Assembly (NCBI GenBank): GCA_964523975.1
Contig: CAZGBM010000003.1
Coordinates: 1 to 56,339, forward strand
Direction: 5' to 3'
DNA length: 56,339 nt
Source of the DNA: an uncultured bacterium
GTDB taxonomy: Bacteria; Hydrothermota; UBA3072
Shown one piece after another: positions 8,919 through 18,339 of the stretch. The position numbers were made by a program, and so were the translations under genes. The notes under the pieces are model-generated. The model searched no databases. It was not told the DNA's origin and worked only from the letters and a program-made list of their open reading frames with translations. Position 1 is the stretch's first letter, and each line of letters begins with the position of its first letter.

Positions 8919-10502
8919 ATGCCTATAAAAGGTTCTCTTTCGGATCTCTCAATTATGGATATTCTGCAGATGTTGCACATAGGAAGTAAAACAGGAGAAC
9001 TCGCAATAACAAATGAGGAAAATCTGGTCTACCTTTACCTGGATTCGGGGGATCTTACCAGCATTCATTGGATGAACAGAAAAGATAGACTCGGCTCTAT
9101 ACTGGTTGAAAACGGAGTCATAAAAGAGAAACAACTTCAGGAAGCTCTATCACTTCAAAGTGAAAGAGAAAATGCGCATCTGGGAGAGCTTTTCCTGGAA
9201 CTCGAATTAGTTAGTAGGGAAACCTTGACCGAATATCTGAGAAAACAGATGAGAGATACAATAATAGAATTATCGGGATGGGCAAAAGGGTACTTTGTAT
9301 TTGAATCGAGAGAATCTTACGAGCCGGAAGTGCTTCCGGTTTCAATTAAAATAGATGACGTCCTGCTTGAATCCGCAGCGCTTAAAGACGAAATGGCTGC
9401 ATCTTCACTTCCCGACAAAGATTCTATACTTGTAATTTCTCCGGATTGGAGCGATTATTCCATTCTGACGGATGAAGAGGAAATGGTGTTGAGCAAAGTG
9501 GACGGAGAAAGGACCTTGTCTTCTCTTATAAATGCGCTTCCGGTAGAAGAATTTAAGGCTCTAAAGCTCCTTTCCGACCTCATAAATAAAGGAGTCTTAA
9601 AAGAACTTAAAATAGAAAGGCAAACATTATTAAAAGATAAAGAAAGGATAGATGAGCACAGGAATCTGGGAGTCGCTTTTGTGAAAATAGGAATGCTGAA
9701 TGAGGCTTTACGGGAAATTCACCGTATACTTGAACTGCGGCCCAATGATGCTGAGGCTCTTTTCTACAAAGGAATAATAAGCTTCAAGATGGACGATCTT
9801 GACGAGGCCGAAAAATCCTTTAGAGAAAGTCTGTTAGTCGTCAAGCATACTTCCACGCTGAACAATATATACCTGATAAACGAACTTAAAGGAAACAGTG
9901 AAGTCGCACTGGATTATTTGTCGCAGGCTTTGAAGAAAGAAGAAAACAACGAAAAAATTCTTTTAAATAAAGCGATTATATACTTAAAACTTAAAAAGGA
10001 TGAAGAAGCTCTGGATATTTTGAATGATCTCAAATCAAAAACTCCGTATACGGAATTCTATCGAGCTTACATTCTGGCGAGAAAGGGGAAAATCAAAGAT
10101 GCCATGAATCTCCTGGAAGAAGGATTGTCGCTTGCTCCTGAGTTCGGAGAGTATTTTTACAATCTTGGCAGATTATACGAAACCTGCGGAGACGAAAAGA
10201 AAGCCACAGAGATGTATCAACAGGGATTAAAATCCGACCCTGATTGTCTTATACTCTCAAAGGCATTGATTGACTACTACTATAGGAATAAACTTTTTGA
10301 CCTCTGCGAAGTCAGAATAGATACTCTTATGTCTTCGGGTGTTCGAGATTGGGATTTATTTTTCAAAAAAGGTAATATTCTTTTCCAGAGAGGGAGAACG
10401 AAAGAGGCGGTCGAATTATGGAAGAAAGCTTTGGATTTGAACCCTGATAACAAATTAATAAAAAGGACGATTGAACTTGCAGAAGGACATGAAGAAATTT
10501 AA
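8919..10502 (+). CDS. DUF4388 (PatA-N-like) domain plus TPR-repeat protein
   Basis: IKGSLSDLSIMDILQMLHIGSKTGEL N-terminus, RLGSILVENGVI repeat resembling MshEN/T2SSE-N, WAKGYFVF, many C-terminal TPRs. Confidence 0.78.
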   Translation: MPIKGSLSDLSIMDILQMLHIGSKTGELAITNEENLVYLYLDSGDLTSIHWMNRKDRLGSILVENGVIKEKQLQEALSLQSERENAHLGELFLELELVSRETLTEYLRKQMRDTIIELSGWAKGYFVFESRESYEPEVLPVSIKIDDVLLESAALKDEMAASSLPDKDSILVISPDWSDYSILTDEEEMVLSKVDGERTLSSLINALPVEEFKALKLLSDLINKGVLKELKIERQTLLKDKERIDEHRNLGVAFVKIGMLNEALREIHRILELRPNDAEALFYKGIISFKMDDLDEAEKSFRESLLVVKHTSTLNNIYLINELKGNSEVALDYLSQALKKEENNEKILLNKAIIYLKLKKDEEALDILNDLKSKTPYTEFYRAYILARKGKIKDAMNLLEEGLSLAPEFGEYFYNLGRLYETCGDEKKATEMYQQGLKSDPDCLILSKALIDYYYRNKLFDLCEVRIDTLMSSGVRDWDLFFKKGNILFQRGRTKEAVELWKKALDLNPDNKLIKRTIELAEGHEEI

Positions 10503-11277
10503 AGACGAAGATTTAGGGGAAGTCCTTGCAGTAATAAAAAATTTCATGGACTTTAATCCTGAAAATTATAAGTTGAAACCTTTGGTAAGAAGAATTCGTT
10601 CCAGGATGAGGAAGGTCGGTATTGATATTTATGGTGAATATGCCGAGTTGCTTAAAAGAAACAAAGGAGAAAAAGAAAATCTTAAAAAAGCACTCACAAT
10701 AAATCTGACGAGTTTTTTCAGAAACAAGACCGTATTCGATACCTTGAAGAACGAAATTCTTCCTCCCATGAAAAACCCGGTGATCTGGAGTGCGGGGTGC
10801 TCTAACGGTGCCGAACCTTACGCAATTGCGATACTATGCAGGGAACTAAATCTTAAATGTATTATTCTGGGAACGGATATAGATAAAGAATCGATAAGGA
10901 AAGCCTACGATGGCTTTTATAACGAAGCTGCTTTAGCGGAATTACCGTCTTATTACAGATTAAAGTACTTTGAAAAAACGGAAGACGGATACAGGGTAAA
11001 CCGCGAGATTAAAAATTCCGTGGATTTTCAAAACCTGGATTTGAAGGATATAAACTTCGAAAACAAATTCGATTTGATAGTTTGTAGGAATGTGCTTATA
11101 TATTTAAACAAACAATTTCAGGAAAGCATTCTTAACTCATTTTCGATAGCTTTAAAAGAAAACGGGTTTCTGGTACTCGGCCAAGTTGAATCCATCCCCA
11201 ATAAGGTAAGAAGTCTGTTTTCTCCGGTAAACATAAGAAATAGAATTTATGCAAACAACAAAAGAAATATTAGTTGA
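10489..11277 (+). CDS. cheR: Chemotaxis methyltransferase CheR
   Basis: TINLTSFFRN, IWSAGCSNGAEPY, GTDID, FDLIVCRNVLIY; AGAAGGA RBS before the ATG at 10489. Confidence 0.92.
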   Translation: MKKFKDEDLGEVLAVIKNFMDFNPENYKLKPLVRRIRSRMRKVGIDIYGEYAELLKRNKGEKENLKKALTINLTSFFRNKTVFDTLKNEILPPMKNPVIWSAGCSNGAEPYAIAILCRELNLKCIILGTDIDKESIRKAYDGFYNEAALAELPSYYRLKYFEKTEDGYRVNREIKNSVDFQNLDLKDINFENKFDLIVCRNVLIYLNKQFQESILNSFSIALKENGFLVLGQVESIPNKVRSLFSPVNIRNRIYANNKRNIS

Positions 11278-11731
11278 AACAGGTAATCTTAAAGTATCCA
11301 ACGGTTCCAATACTCTTACGACGAGAGCACTGGGGTCGTGTGTTGCCATAACCTTATACGATAAAACAAAAAAATTGGGGGGTATGGTACACTTTATTCT
11401 CCCTGAAAATCCCGGAGGCAAGAAGAGGGGAAAATACGCGGATACCGGAATAAAACTTCTTTTAGAAAAAATGATAGAGGGAGAAGCGAGAAAGGAAAAC
11501 CTTGTAGCAAAAATGATCGGTGGAGCGATAATGTTTGCCGAATTTACGGACGATGTTGCAAATTCCATTGGAAGAAGAAATGTAAAAAAGGCCAAAAACG
11601 TTCTAAGAGAGCTGGGAATCAAACTGACAGCGCAAGACATAGGTGGCGACTACGGTCGCTCGGTGAAATTTCATTTATCCGATGGTAAGGTTTATATAAA
11701 TTCATATAAGACCGGAGGTAAAATAATTTGA
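11249..11731 (+). CDS. cheD: Chemoreceptor glutamine deamidase CheD
   Basis: ALGSCVAI, GGMVHFILP, KYAD, AKMIGGA, IGRRNV, DIGGDYGRSV. Confidence 0.92.
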   Translation: MQTTKEILVETGNLKVSNGSNTLTTRALGSCVAITLYDKTKKLGGMVHFILPENPGGKKRGKYADTGIKLLLEKMIEGEARKENLVAKMIGGAIMFAEFTDDVANSIGRRNVKKAKNVLRELGIKLTAQDIGGDYGRSVKFHLSDGKVYINSYKTGGKII

Positions 11732-12744
11732 TTGATGTTTTAGTTATTGAAGATTCGGCGTTTATGAGAAAGGTTCTTTCCGAAATCTTGAATGATGACC
11801 CGGAAATCAACGTTGTTGATACTGCTATAAACGGAATGGAAGGGGTTCGAAAAAGCTTACTTTTAAAACCCGACGTAATAACGATGGATATAGAGATGCC
11901 TTATATGGATGGCATAGAAGCCGTAAAAACAATAATGGAGAAAAACCCGACACCTATAATAATGATATCCGCTTATACGAAAAAAGGAGCGCAAAAAACC
12001 ATAGAAGCCCTCATAGCCGGAGCTGTAGATTTTGTGGAGAAACCCGGAGGACCGATTTCTCTTAATATAATAGATACTAAAGAAGAAATAATAAAGAAAA
12101 TCAAAATTGCCTCAGAAGCCAACCTCAAAACGGCAAAAAAAAGTAAAAAAATTAATTTAAATCAGGAGAAAATGAGCGACAGTTTAGTTATAATAGCGGC
12201 GTCTACAGGCGGCCCGAAGATTATTACCTCTATCCTTAAAAAACTTCCATACGATTTTCCCGCACCGATAGTGGTCGTTCAACATATGCCCGAAACTTTT
12301 ACTAAAGAATTTGCCCATAGATTGAACGAAAATTCTCCCTTGTCGGTTAGTGAGGGAAAAGACGGAGCTCCGCTTAAGAAAGGCAAAGCTTTCATTGCAC
12401 CCGGCGATTTTCATCTTGAGTTTACCGATGATCGACGAATAAAATTAAGCAAAAAACCAGCTCTTCATGGAGTTCGCCCTTGTGCCGATATCACGATGAA
12501 CTCTGCCTCGGAAAATTTTGATGGTAACCTTATAGGAGTTGTCCTCTCAGGGATGGGGAAAGACGGAGCCATAGGAGTAAGAAATATCAGCAAAAGAGGC
12601 GGATTTGTAATAGCGCAGGATAAAGATACATCCGTCGTTTACGGAATGCCCAAGGCAGCTGTTGAAAGCGGCTGCGTGAATCTGGTTTTGCCGTCTCATG
12701 AAATTGCTGACAAATTAACTGATTTGGTTAAGAAAGATGTTTGA
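11728..12744 (+). CDS. cheB: Chemotaxis response regulator methylesterase CheB
   Basis: Receiver domain VITMDIEMP...DG; catalytic ASTGGP, VQHMP and GMGKDGA all intact. Confidence 0.95.
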   Translation: MIDVLVIEDSAFMRKVLSEILNDDPEINVVDTAINGMEGVRKSLLLKPDVITMDIEMPYMDGIEAVKTIMEKNPTPIIMISAYTKKGAQKTIEALIAGAVDFVEKPGGPISLNIIDTKEEIIKKIKIASEANLKTAKKSKKINLNQEKMSDSLVIIAASTGGPKIITSILKKLPYDFPAPIVVVQHMPETFTKEFAHRLNENSPLSVSEGKDGAPLKKGKAFIAPGDFHLEFTDDRRIKLSKKPALHGVRPCADITMNSASENFDGNLIGVVLSGMGKDGAIGVRNISKRGGFVIAQDKDTSVVYGMPKAAVESGCVNLVLPSHEIADKLTDLVKKDV

Positions 12745-13552
12745 AAAAATAAAGAATTTGTTGTTAGAGATCGAAGAAACAGGAGTAAAAAATAAAGGTG
12801 AAAAAGAAGAACAATTAAAAACAATTCTATCAACAATCAGTAAGATAAAAGAAGAAATACTTGATATAGAAAAAAAGACAATAACTTTATTGAACACGGT
12901 TAAAGGGGTTGAAGATAAAGAAACCCGGGAGAATAATGAAACTGCCGAAGAGAGCAGCTTTATCAACAAGATTCAATCGGCCAGGGTTAATATAACAACC
13001 TTAATCGACAAAGGCTGGAATCTTATAGTAAGCGGCAAATATGAGGAAGCGGTAAAAGCGCTCACCAAGGCGAAGAAAATGGACCCCAAGAATATAAAAG
13101 TATATAATCTGCTCGGCTGGGCTTACATACACCTCAAAAAATATGATAAAAGTTCTCTCATTTTTCAGGAAGTTTTAACAATGGACCCGAAAAACGAGAT
13201 GGCTCACGCAAACCTCGGTTATATAAATCACAAAAAAGGATTATATGGCGAAGCAATCGAAAAACTATCCTCTATAGAAAAAAACGCAAAAGACAGACAG
13301 GCTGTTCTTTACGCTTTATTTTACCTTGGGCTGGTTTATTACGAAAGAGAGATGTATGAGGACTCGATTGAATTTTTGAATAAAGCCATCAACGCGGGGC
13401 CGAATTTATACGAAGCTTATTATTATTTAGGAAAAGCTTACGAAAAACAGGGATTGAAAAACCTCTGCAATCAAATCTGGGAAAAGTTGATAAAAATTAA
13501 TAAATACAATATTTGGGCAGAAAAAGCGAGGGCGGAATTGGATGGTAAATGA
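12737..13552 (+). CDS. Coiled-coil plus TPR-repeat protein
   Basis: Charged helical N-terminus followed by repeated TPR patterns (YNLLGWAY, HANLGY, FYLGLVY, YYLGKAY). Confidence 0.8.
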   Translation: MFEKIKNLLLEIEETGVKNKGEKEEQLKTILSTISKIKEEILDIEKKTITLLNTVKGVEDKETRENNETAEESSFINKIQSARVNITTLIDKGWNLIVSGKYEEAVKALTKAKKMDPKNIKVYNLLGWAYIHLKKYDKSSLIFQEVLTMDPKNEMAHANLGYINHKKGLYGEAIEKLSSIEKNAKDRQAVLYALFYLGLVYYEREMYEDSIEFLNKAINAGPNLYEAYYYLGKAYEKQGLKNLCNQIWEKLIKINKYNIWAEKARAELDGK

Positions 13553-14342
13553 ATATTGGGGGCTTTCAAAAAAGCCGTTTTCCAACACGCCTGACTTGAG
13601 TTTTCTCTTTAATAACGATGGCTTTGAAGAGGGTTATGCAAGACTTTTATATAATTTAACCGAGATCAAAGGTGGTTTGACTCTGGTTACCGGAGAGGTC
13701 GGCAGCGGTAAGACATACCTTGCGAATGCGCTTAAAGAAAACCTAAAAGAACAAAACACTCTTCTGTTTATAATAAGAAATCCGAAACTCTCTTCAACTC
13801 AATTATTAAAAGTAATATTGCAACATATAGGGGAAAAAAATATTCCGAGAATCAAACTTGCGGTCTTAAACGCTCTTGAAAAGGCTCTCTTGGCTCTGAA
13901 TGGAAAGGGGATAACAGTGATAGGCCTGATTGACGAAGCCCAGATACTCTCGTTTGACGCTCTTAGGGAAATACGCCTTCTCTTGAACCTTGAAACTCCG
14001 GAGGAAAAACTTTTGCACCTTGTGTTGCTTGGTCAGCCTGGTTTGAAGAAAAGAATCGACAGGGTGCCTCAGTTGAAACAAAGAGTCAATGTCCGTTTTC
14101 ATCTTGGACCTCTCACCGGAGACGAAACCCAATCTTATATAAAACACAGACTTGGAGTAGCGGGAAGCAAAAAAGAAATATTCGAACAAGAAAGTTTAGA
14201 TAAGCTCTACACGATCAGCAAAGGTATTCCCAGAGTGATAAATAATATTGCCCAGAATGCTCTTTTCGTAGGAGCAACGGAAAACCTGAAAAGTATCCCT
14301 CCGGATATAATAGACTCCGTAGCCGAGGATCTGGAGATCTGA
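13542..14342 (+). CDS. ExeA/GspA/MshM-family AAA ATPase
   Basis: YWGLSKKPF, TGEVGSGKT, LIDEAQ, LVLLGQPGL, GIPRVINNIA. Confidence 0.88.
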   Translation: MVNEYWGLSKKPFSNTPDLSFLFNNDGFEEGYARLLYNLTEIKGGLTLVTGEVGSGKTYLANALKENLKEQNTLLFIIRNPKLSSTQLLKVILQHIGEKNIPRIKLAVLNALEKALLALNGKGITVIGLIDEAQILSFDALREIRLLLNLETPEEKLLHLVLLGQPGLKKRIDRVPQLKQRVNVRFHLGPLTGDETQSYIKHRLGVAGSKKEIFEQESLDKLYTISKGIPRVINNIAQNALFVGATENLKSIPPDIIDSVAEDLEI

Positions 14343-15020
14343 GTGAAAGAAAGAAAGAAGATAAGTTTTAAAAAAATGCTATCGAAAGAAGAAAAGAAAC
14401 AAGAAACAACTCCGAAAGATACAAAGATCTCAAAAGAAAAGCATATCGCGGCGAGGGAATCCCTTACAAAGATGGAGCCTGTAGTTAAAGAAGAGAAGGT
14501 GGATAAGGACAAATCCGTGAGGATAAAGCCGGCTGAACGAAAAGAAATTATTAAAGAACCGAAGCGAGAAGAGATAATGATTGTGAGGGTGGGAAAAGAG
14601 TTTTACGGGATACCTCTTTCAAACGTTGAAGAAATCAGAAGAGAAATAAATTTGACCAGCACTCCTCAACTCTCCGAATTTTTATCCGGGATTGCCGAAA
14701 TAAGGGATTTGATAATCCCTGTAGTTAATTTTGGACAGCTTTTTGGAATTCGGATAGAGGATAACAAAACAAAAAAAATACCTCTTATCGTCGTGCAAAT
14801 TTCAAAACAACTTATAGGTCTTCAAGTGTCCGAAATCGTTGAAATTAAAGAAATCCAGAAAAAAGAAATACTTTCTCTTCCCGACATATTTCCTCCGAAA
14901 CTTTTTTCCGGGGGGTATTCTTATAAATCAATCGTTGTGGGCATTTTAAACGTCGAAAGCTTATTGAAAGGTAAACAAATTCAATCGTTTAAGGAGAAAA
15001 TAGATGAAGTTATCAAATAG
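14343..15020 (+). CDS. cheW: CheW adaptor with a charged N-terminal extension
   Basis: YGIPLSNVEEI, LSGIAEIRDLIIPVVN, IGLQVSEIVEI; about 75 aa Lys/Glu-rich leader. Confidence 0.8.
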   Translation: MKERKKISFKKMLSKEEKKQETTPKDTKISKEKHIAARESLTKMEPVVKEEKVDKDKSVRIKPAERKEIIKEPKREEIMIVRVGKEFYGIPLSNVEEIRREINLTSTPQLSEFLSGIAEIRDLIIPVVNFGQLFGIRIEDNKTKKIPLIVVQISKQLIGLQVSEIVEIKEIQKKEILSLPDIFPPKLFSGGYSYKSIVVGILNVESLLKGKQIQSFKEKIDEVIK

Positions 15021-16668
15021 ATTTGCCTTAATATCTTCTCTCGTGAGTAGTGTGACCGGAGTTCTGCTCGTACTTTCATGTGTCTGGTGGACCATTCCGC
15101 TTGATGTTTACGGTAGAACACTTTCCTGTCTTGGAATTATAGCTCTTGTTTTAGGGATAGTATTTTATTTTTTTCAGGAAAACAGGTTACGAAAAGCAAT
15201 TGGTGGAGGAGACACTAAGACTATTTATGATACGCCGGTAGTATGCGGTTTGCATACGCTTCTGGATTTCGGCGTCTTTATTTGTGTATTTGCTCTGCTT
15301 GTAAATATTTTTATGGAAATAACATCTTTAAAGAATATCGTCAGAATAGGCTTTTCTCTCTTGCCGGTAGGACTAATCGAGATGAGTCTTATTTACTCTT
15401 TAAGTTTCTTTTTGCTCACTCCTTACTATGAGACAATCGAAAAAGAAAAATTCACAGGACTTAACATAAGCCGAAAAATTTTATTATTGGTTGTTCCCGC
15501 GATAATATTTACCGGATTTACCGGATACGTTATAACAAAGTCGTGGGGCGGCTTGGTTTACCTCGTATTTCCATGCTTCGTAGTCTGGACTCTGATTAGA
15601 ATGATAAAAGAACCTGTCGATTATATAAATGAAAGAATGCAAAACCTACTTAAAGAATCTCCTTCCTTAGAAGAGAGGAAGAAAGTCATTTCCGGAGACG
15701 AAATAGCTAATATAGACGAAGTTCTTTCGCTGTTTTTGAAAAAAACAGTTTCTTTGGTCTCAGATATAAAAAGTGCAGCTGATAATGTTCGAACTCAAGG
15801 GGAGGCAATAATGACTGGCATAAGAAGAGGTTCTTCTTCTGCCAAACAGATTGATAAATCCGTACGTGAAATCCTGAGTAATAAAGAAGAAAGCGAACAG
15901 ATTATCGATTCGGTCGAGAAGAATAACGAAGGGCTCTCTTCTCTTTCCACGGAGATAGAATCACAAATTAAAACTTTGATGACCACTTCCAAAAATTTGA
16001 TTGATCTCTCAAACTCGGGAGAAGAAAAATCGGAAGAAGGAATCAATAGAATCAGTGTTTTTGTCCAGAAAATAGGTGAAGGTTCGAAAAGTCTGGAAGA
16101 ACTGTCTTCTGCTTTCGAAGAAATAAAAGAATTTAACTCTTTAATGGAACAGATATCCGATGACACCAATTTGTTGGCACTAAACGCTTCCATTGAAGCC
16201 ACAAGGAAAGAAGGTGAGGAGAGCAAAGGCTTCAGCGTTATTGCGGATGAGATCCGTAAACTCTCTAATGATTCAGCTTCTTACCTGGAAAAAACGAAGG
16301 AAAACATAAAAAGAATGAGCGAAGCAGTGCACTCGATAGTCGAATCTACGGAAAAGTCGATATCTATATTCGAAGAAAGTAAATCTATAATACAGAAAAC
16401 GGCAGGTGACTTAAAGAGCATTTCGGAAACAATCGGTATGACCACGAACATGGCAGAACAGATTTCTTCTGTACTGAAGGAAGGGTCCAATTTTACCGAC
16501 GAGATAAAGAAATCGGTAAAAAAAATATCGTCGTTAAATGAAAAGCAAGTAGAATCGGCTCTGGCACTTTCGAAAGAAACGAATGAACAGGTAGCGTCGA
16601 TGGAAGACACCGAGGTAAGAGTTCAAACGTTAATGTCGTTGACAGATAAGATTAAGGAGATTAAATAA
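15004..16668 (+). CDS. Methyl-accepting chemotaxis protein with about 6 TM segments and a HAMP-like linker
   Basis: Signalling hairpin TNLLALNASIEA...GFSVIADEIRKLS; multiple hydrophobic N-terminal helices. Confidence 0.9.
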   Translation: MKLSNRFALISSLVSSVTGVLLVLSCVWWTIPLDVYGRTLSCLGIIALVLGIVFYFFQENRLRKAIGGGDTKTIYDTPVVCGLHTLLDFGVFICVFALLVNIFMEITSLKNIVRIGFSLLPVGLIEMSLIYSLSFFLLTPYYETIEKEKFTGLNISRKILLLVVPAIIFTGFTGYVITKSWGGLVYLVFPCFVVWTLIRMIKEPVDYINERMQNLLKESPSLEERKKVISGDEIANIDEVLSLFLKKTVSLVSDIKSAADNVRTQGEAIMTGIRRGSSSAKQIDKSVREILSNKEESEQIIDSVEKNNEGLSSLSTEIESQIKTLMTTSKNLIDLSNSGEEKSEEGINRISVFVQKIGEGSKSLEELSSAFEEIKEFNSLMEQISDDTNLLALNASIEATRKEGEESKGFSVIADEIRKLSNDSASYLEKTKENIKRMSEAVHSIVESTEKSISIFEESKSIIQKTAGDLKSISETIGMTTNMAEQISSVLKEGSNFTDEIKKSVKKISSLNEKQVESALALSKETNEQVASMEDTEVRVQTLMSLTDKIKEIK

Positions 16669-16687
16669 TCTGGCGCGATAAAGACGT

Positions 16688-16960
16688 CAAAATGCAAAAA
16701 TCAAATATTAAAATGAAAAATGACAAATCAAAATTTAAAAAAAATCAAACCACGAGATTCCACAAGATTAACACCAGATTTTTGGTTTCGTTTCCCCATC
16801 CCCAAAACCCATAAAATTAGCCACGGATTAACACGGATGTACACCCTTGTACGGTCGTTTCTCTCTACAGGGCAGGCAGATATGAAAAAGTTTTTTGAAT
16901 TAACTACAATAAAAGATGGTTGGGAAGGGAATCCGTGATTATCGGTGCAGATCTGTGGCT
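16688..16960. repeat. Cluster of short-tandem-repeat arms including an inverted pair
   Basis: 7-mer array caaaatg/caaaaat/caaatat (16688-16740); aaccacgagattccacaagatt (16748-16780); agccacggattaacacggat (16819-16844) inverted to atccgtgattatcggtgcagatctgtggct (16931-16960). Confidence 0.7.
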
Positions 16961-16980
16961 AATAAAAATATAGGTTTACC

Positions 16981-17418
16981 ATGAATAAAATTCTTATATT
17001 TTGTTTGGATAATATTCTCTTTGGAGTTAATATCGACCAGGTTAAGGGGCTTGGCAAATTAGGTAAAACAAAAAATTTTACCGAAAGTCCTAAATGGATT
17101 GGCGGGTTTGTAAAATACAGAGACAGTGTATTCCCGCTGGTAAAATTCTGGGAGCTACTGAATCTGGAGACACCTGAGAAGAAAGTGTTACTGCTACCTG
17201 CGGCTTTCGATTACTGTGCGTTTTTGATTTCGGGGGTTATGGGGATTTATGAACTCGAAACGGATAGAAAATCCAGCAGGGTATATTCTCTTCCTTACCT
17301 TTCGGGTTTTGGGACTTTTGAGAAAAAAATCGTACTTGAAATAGAATTGGGAAACCTGCTGACGGAAAATCAAAAGAGGACCATAAAAAAACTGAATAAA
17401 GAAAATGAAAGAAAATAA
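16981..17418 (+). CDS. Divergent CheW-like protein
   Basis: LFGVNIDQVKGL, WIGGFVKYRDSVFPLV, CAFLISGVMGI pattern of a CheW domain. Confidence 0.65.
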   Translation: MNKILIFCLDNILFGVNIDQVKGLGKLGKTKNFTESPKWIGGFVKYRDSVFPLVKFWELLNLETPEKKVLLLPAAFDYCAFLISGVMGIYELETDRKSSRVYSLPYLSGFGTFEKKIVLEIELGNLLTENQKRTIKKLNKENERK

Positions 17419-17433
17419 AAATTCATTTATATT

Positions 17434-17462
17434 AACCACAAAGTACACAGAGGAACACAAAG
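17434..17462. repeat. Orphan repeat arm
   Basis: aaccacaaag tacacagag gaacacaaag, 9-10 bp period starting with AACCAC. Confidence 0.55.
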
Positions 17463-17537
17463 AATTCGGTAACGGGGAGCCAGAAGTTAAAATTCCTAAA
17501 ACTTTGAAATTTTTGGTTTGGCAAAAGGAAATAAACT

Positions 17538-18320
17538 GTGATAATATTTTTATTTATTTTTAGTATTGGGGAGATAACAGAACTTACTATTCAGGACTCT
17601 TTGCCAATAAAGAATGAATCCTTCTGGGAAAAGTTGGTTTTTGGAGTTGGCTATTCGGGAGGTCTATATTATACCAGTGAATATCTAAGTCCATTTACTT
17701 ATTCAGGTCTTGAATTAACTGTTCCTTTATATGTTTTGCATTCGGTTGAGGGAAGTATCTTTTACCAGACGAGGAGAGAAGGGTCTCCCTTACCAAGAAC
17801 AACTGATCTCTATCCCCTTGTTCGTATTTTTTTACCCAATAAATGGGGTGTTGAAATAGGAGGAGGATACAGGTGGGCACATCTAAGTAACACGGAAAGA
17901 TTAAGCATGTATATTCCACCAGAAGAATGGAGTGATACATTGAGTCATGGTTACCTAGAAAACTCAGGGAATTGGGATTTATCTTTCCAAAATATATTCC
18001 TGAACTATAACTTTGATAGATGGACTGTTGGTATTGTGTTCAACCTCTGTAATGCAGTAACAGAGGAAAGTCTTTACGAAGGTTATACTGAATATTTAGA
18101 AAGTGCGAAAGTTTCTCGGAAGTGTAGAGGATTCAGTCTCGGTATTACATATTCCATTCCAACCGAATTCATAACTCCTTATTTCAAATTAGAGCTGGGT
18201 TCTGCCGGAGAATACAATAACAATTCACCCTGGCAATGGGAATGGAAAGAAAAGCTTTCTGTAAATTTAAGTGGAATTGCTTTGGGATTAAGGATAGATT
18301 TTTTAAAAACTAAGTTTTGA
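17538..18320 (+). CDS. Hypothetical exported protein, possible outer-membrane beta-barrel
   Basis: Short hydrophobic N-terminus, alternating aromatic/Gly strands, near-terminal GIALGLRIDF. Confidence 0.55.
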   Translation: MIIFLFIFSIGEITELTIQDSLPIKNESFWEKLVFGVGYSGGLYYTSEYLSPFTYSGLELTVPLYVLHSVEGSIFYQTRREGSPLPRTTDLYPLVRIFLPNKWGVEIGGGYRWAHLSNTERLSMYIPPEEWSDTLSHGYLENSGNWDLSFQNIFLNYNFDRWTVGIVFNLCNAVTEESLYEGYTEYLESAKVSRKCRGFSLGITYSIPTEFITPYFKLELGSAGEYNNNSPWQWEWKEKLSVNLSGIALGLRIDFLKTKF

Positions 18321-18339
18321 ATTAGAGAATTTATAAAAT

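Noticed and set aside
16720-16938. 72-aa ORF as a real protein
   Set aside because: Translates the repeat cluster; no domain signal
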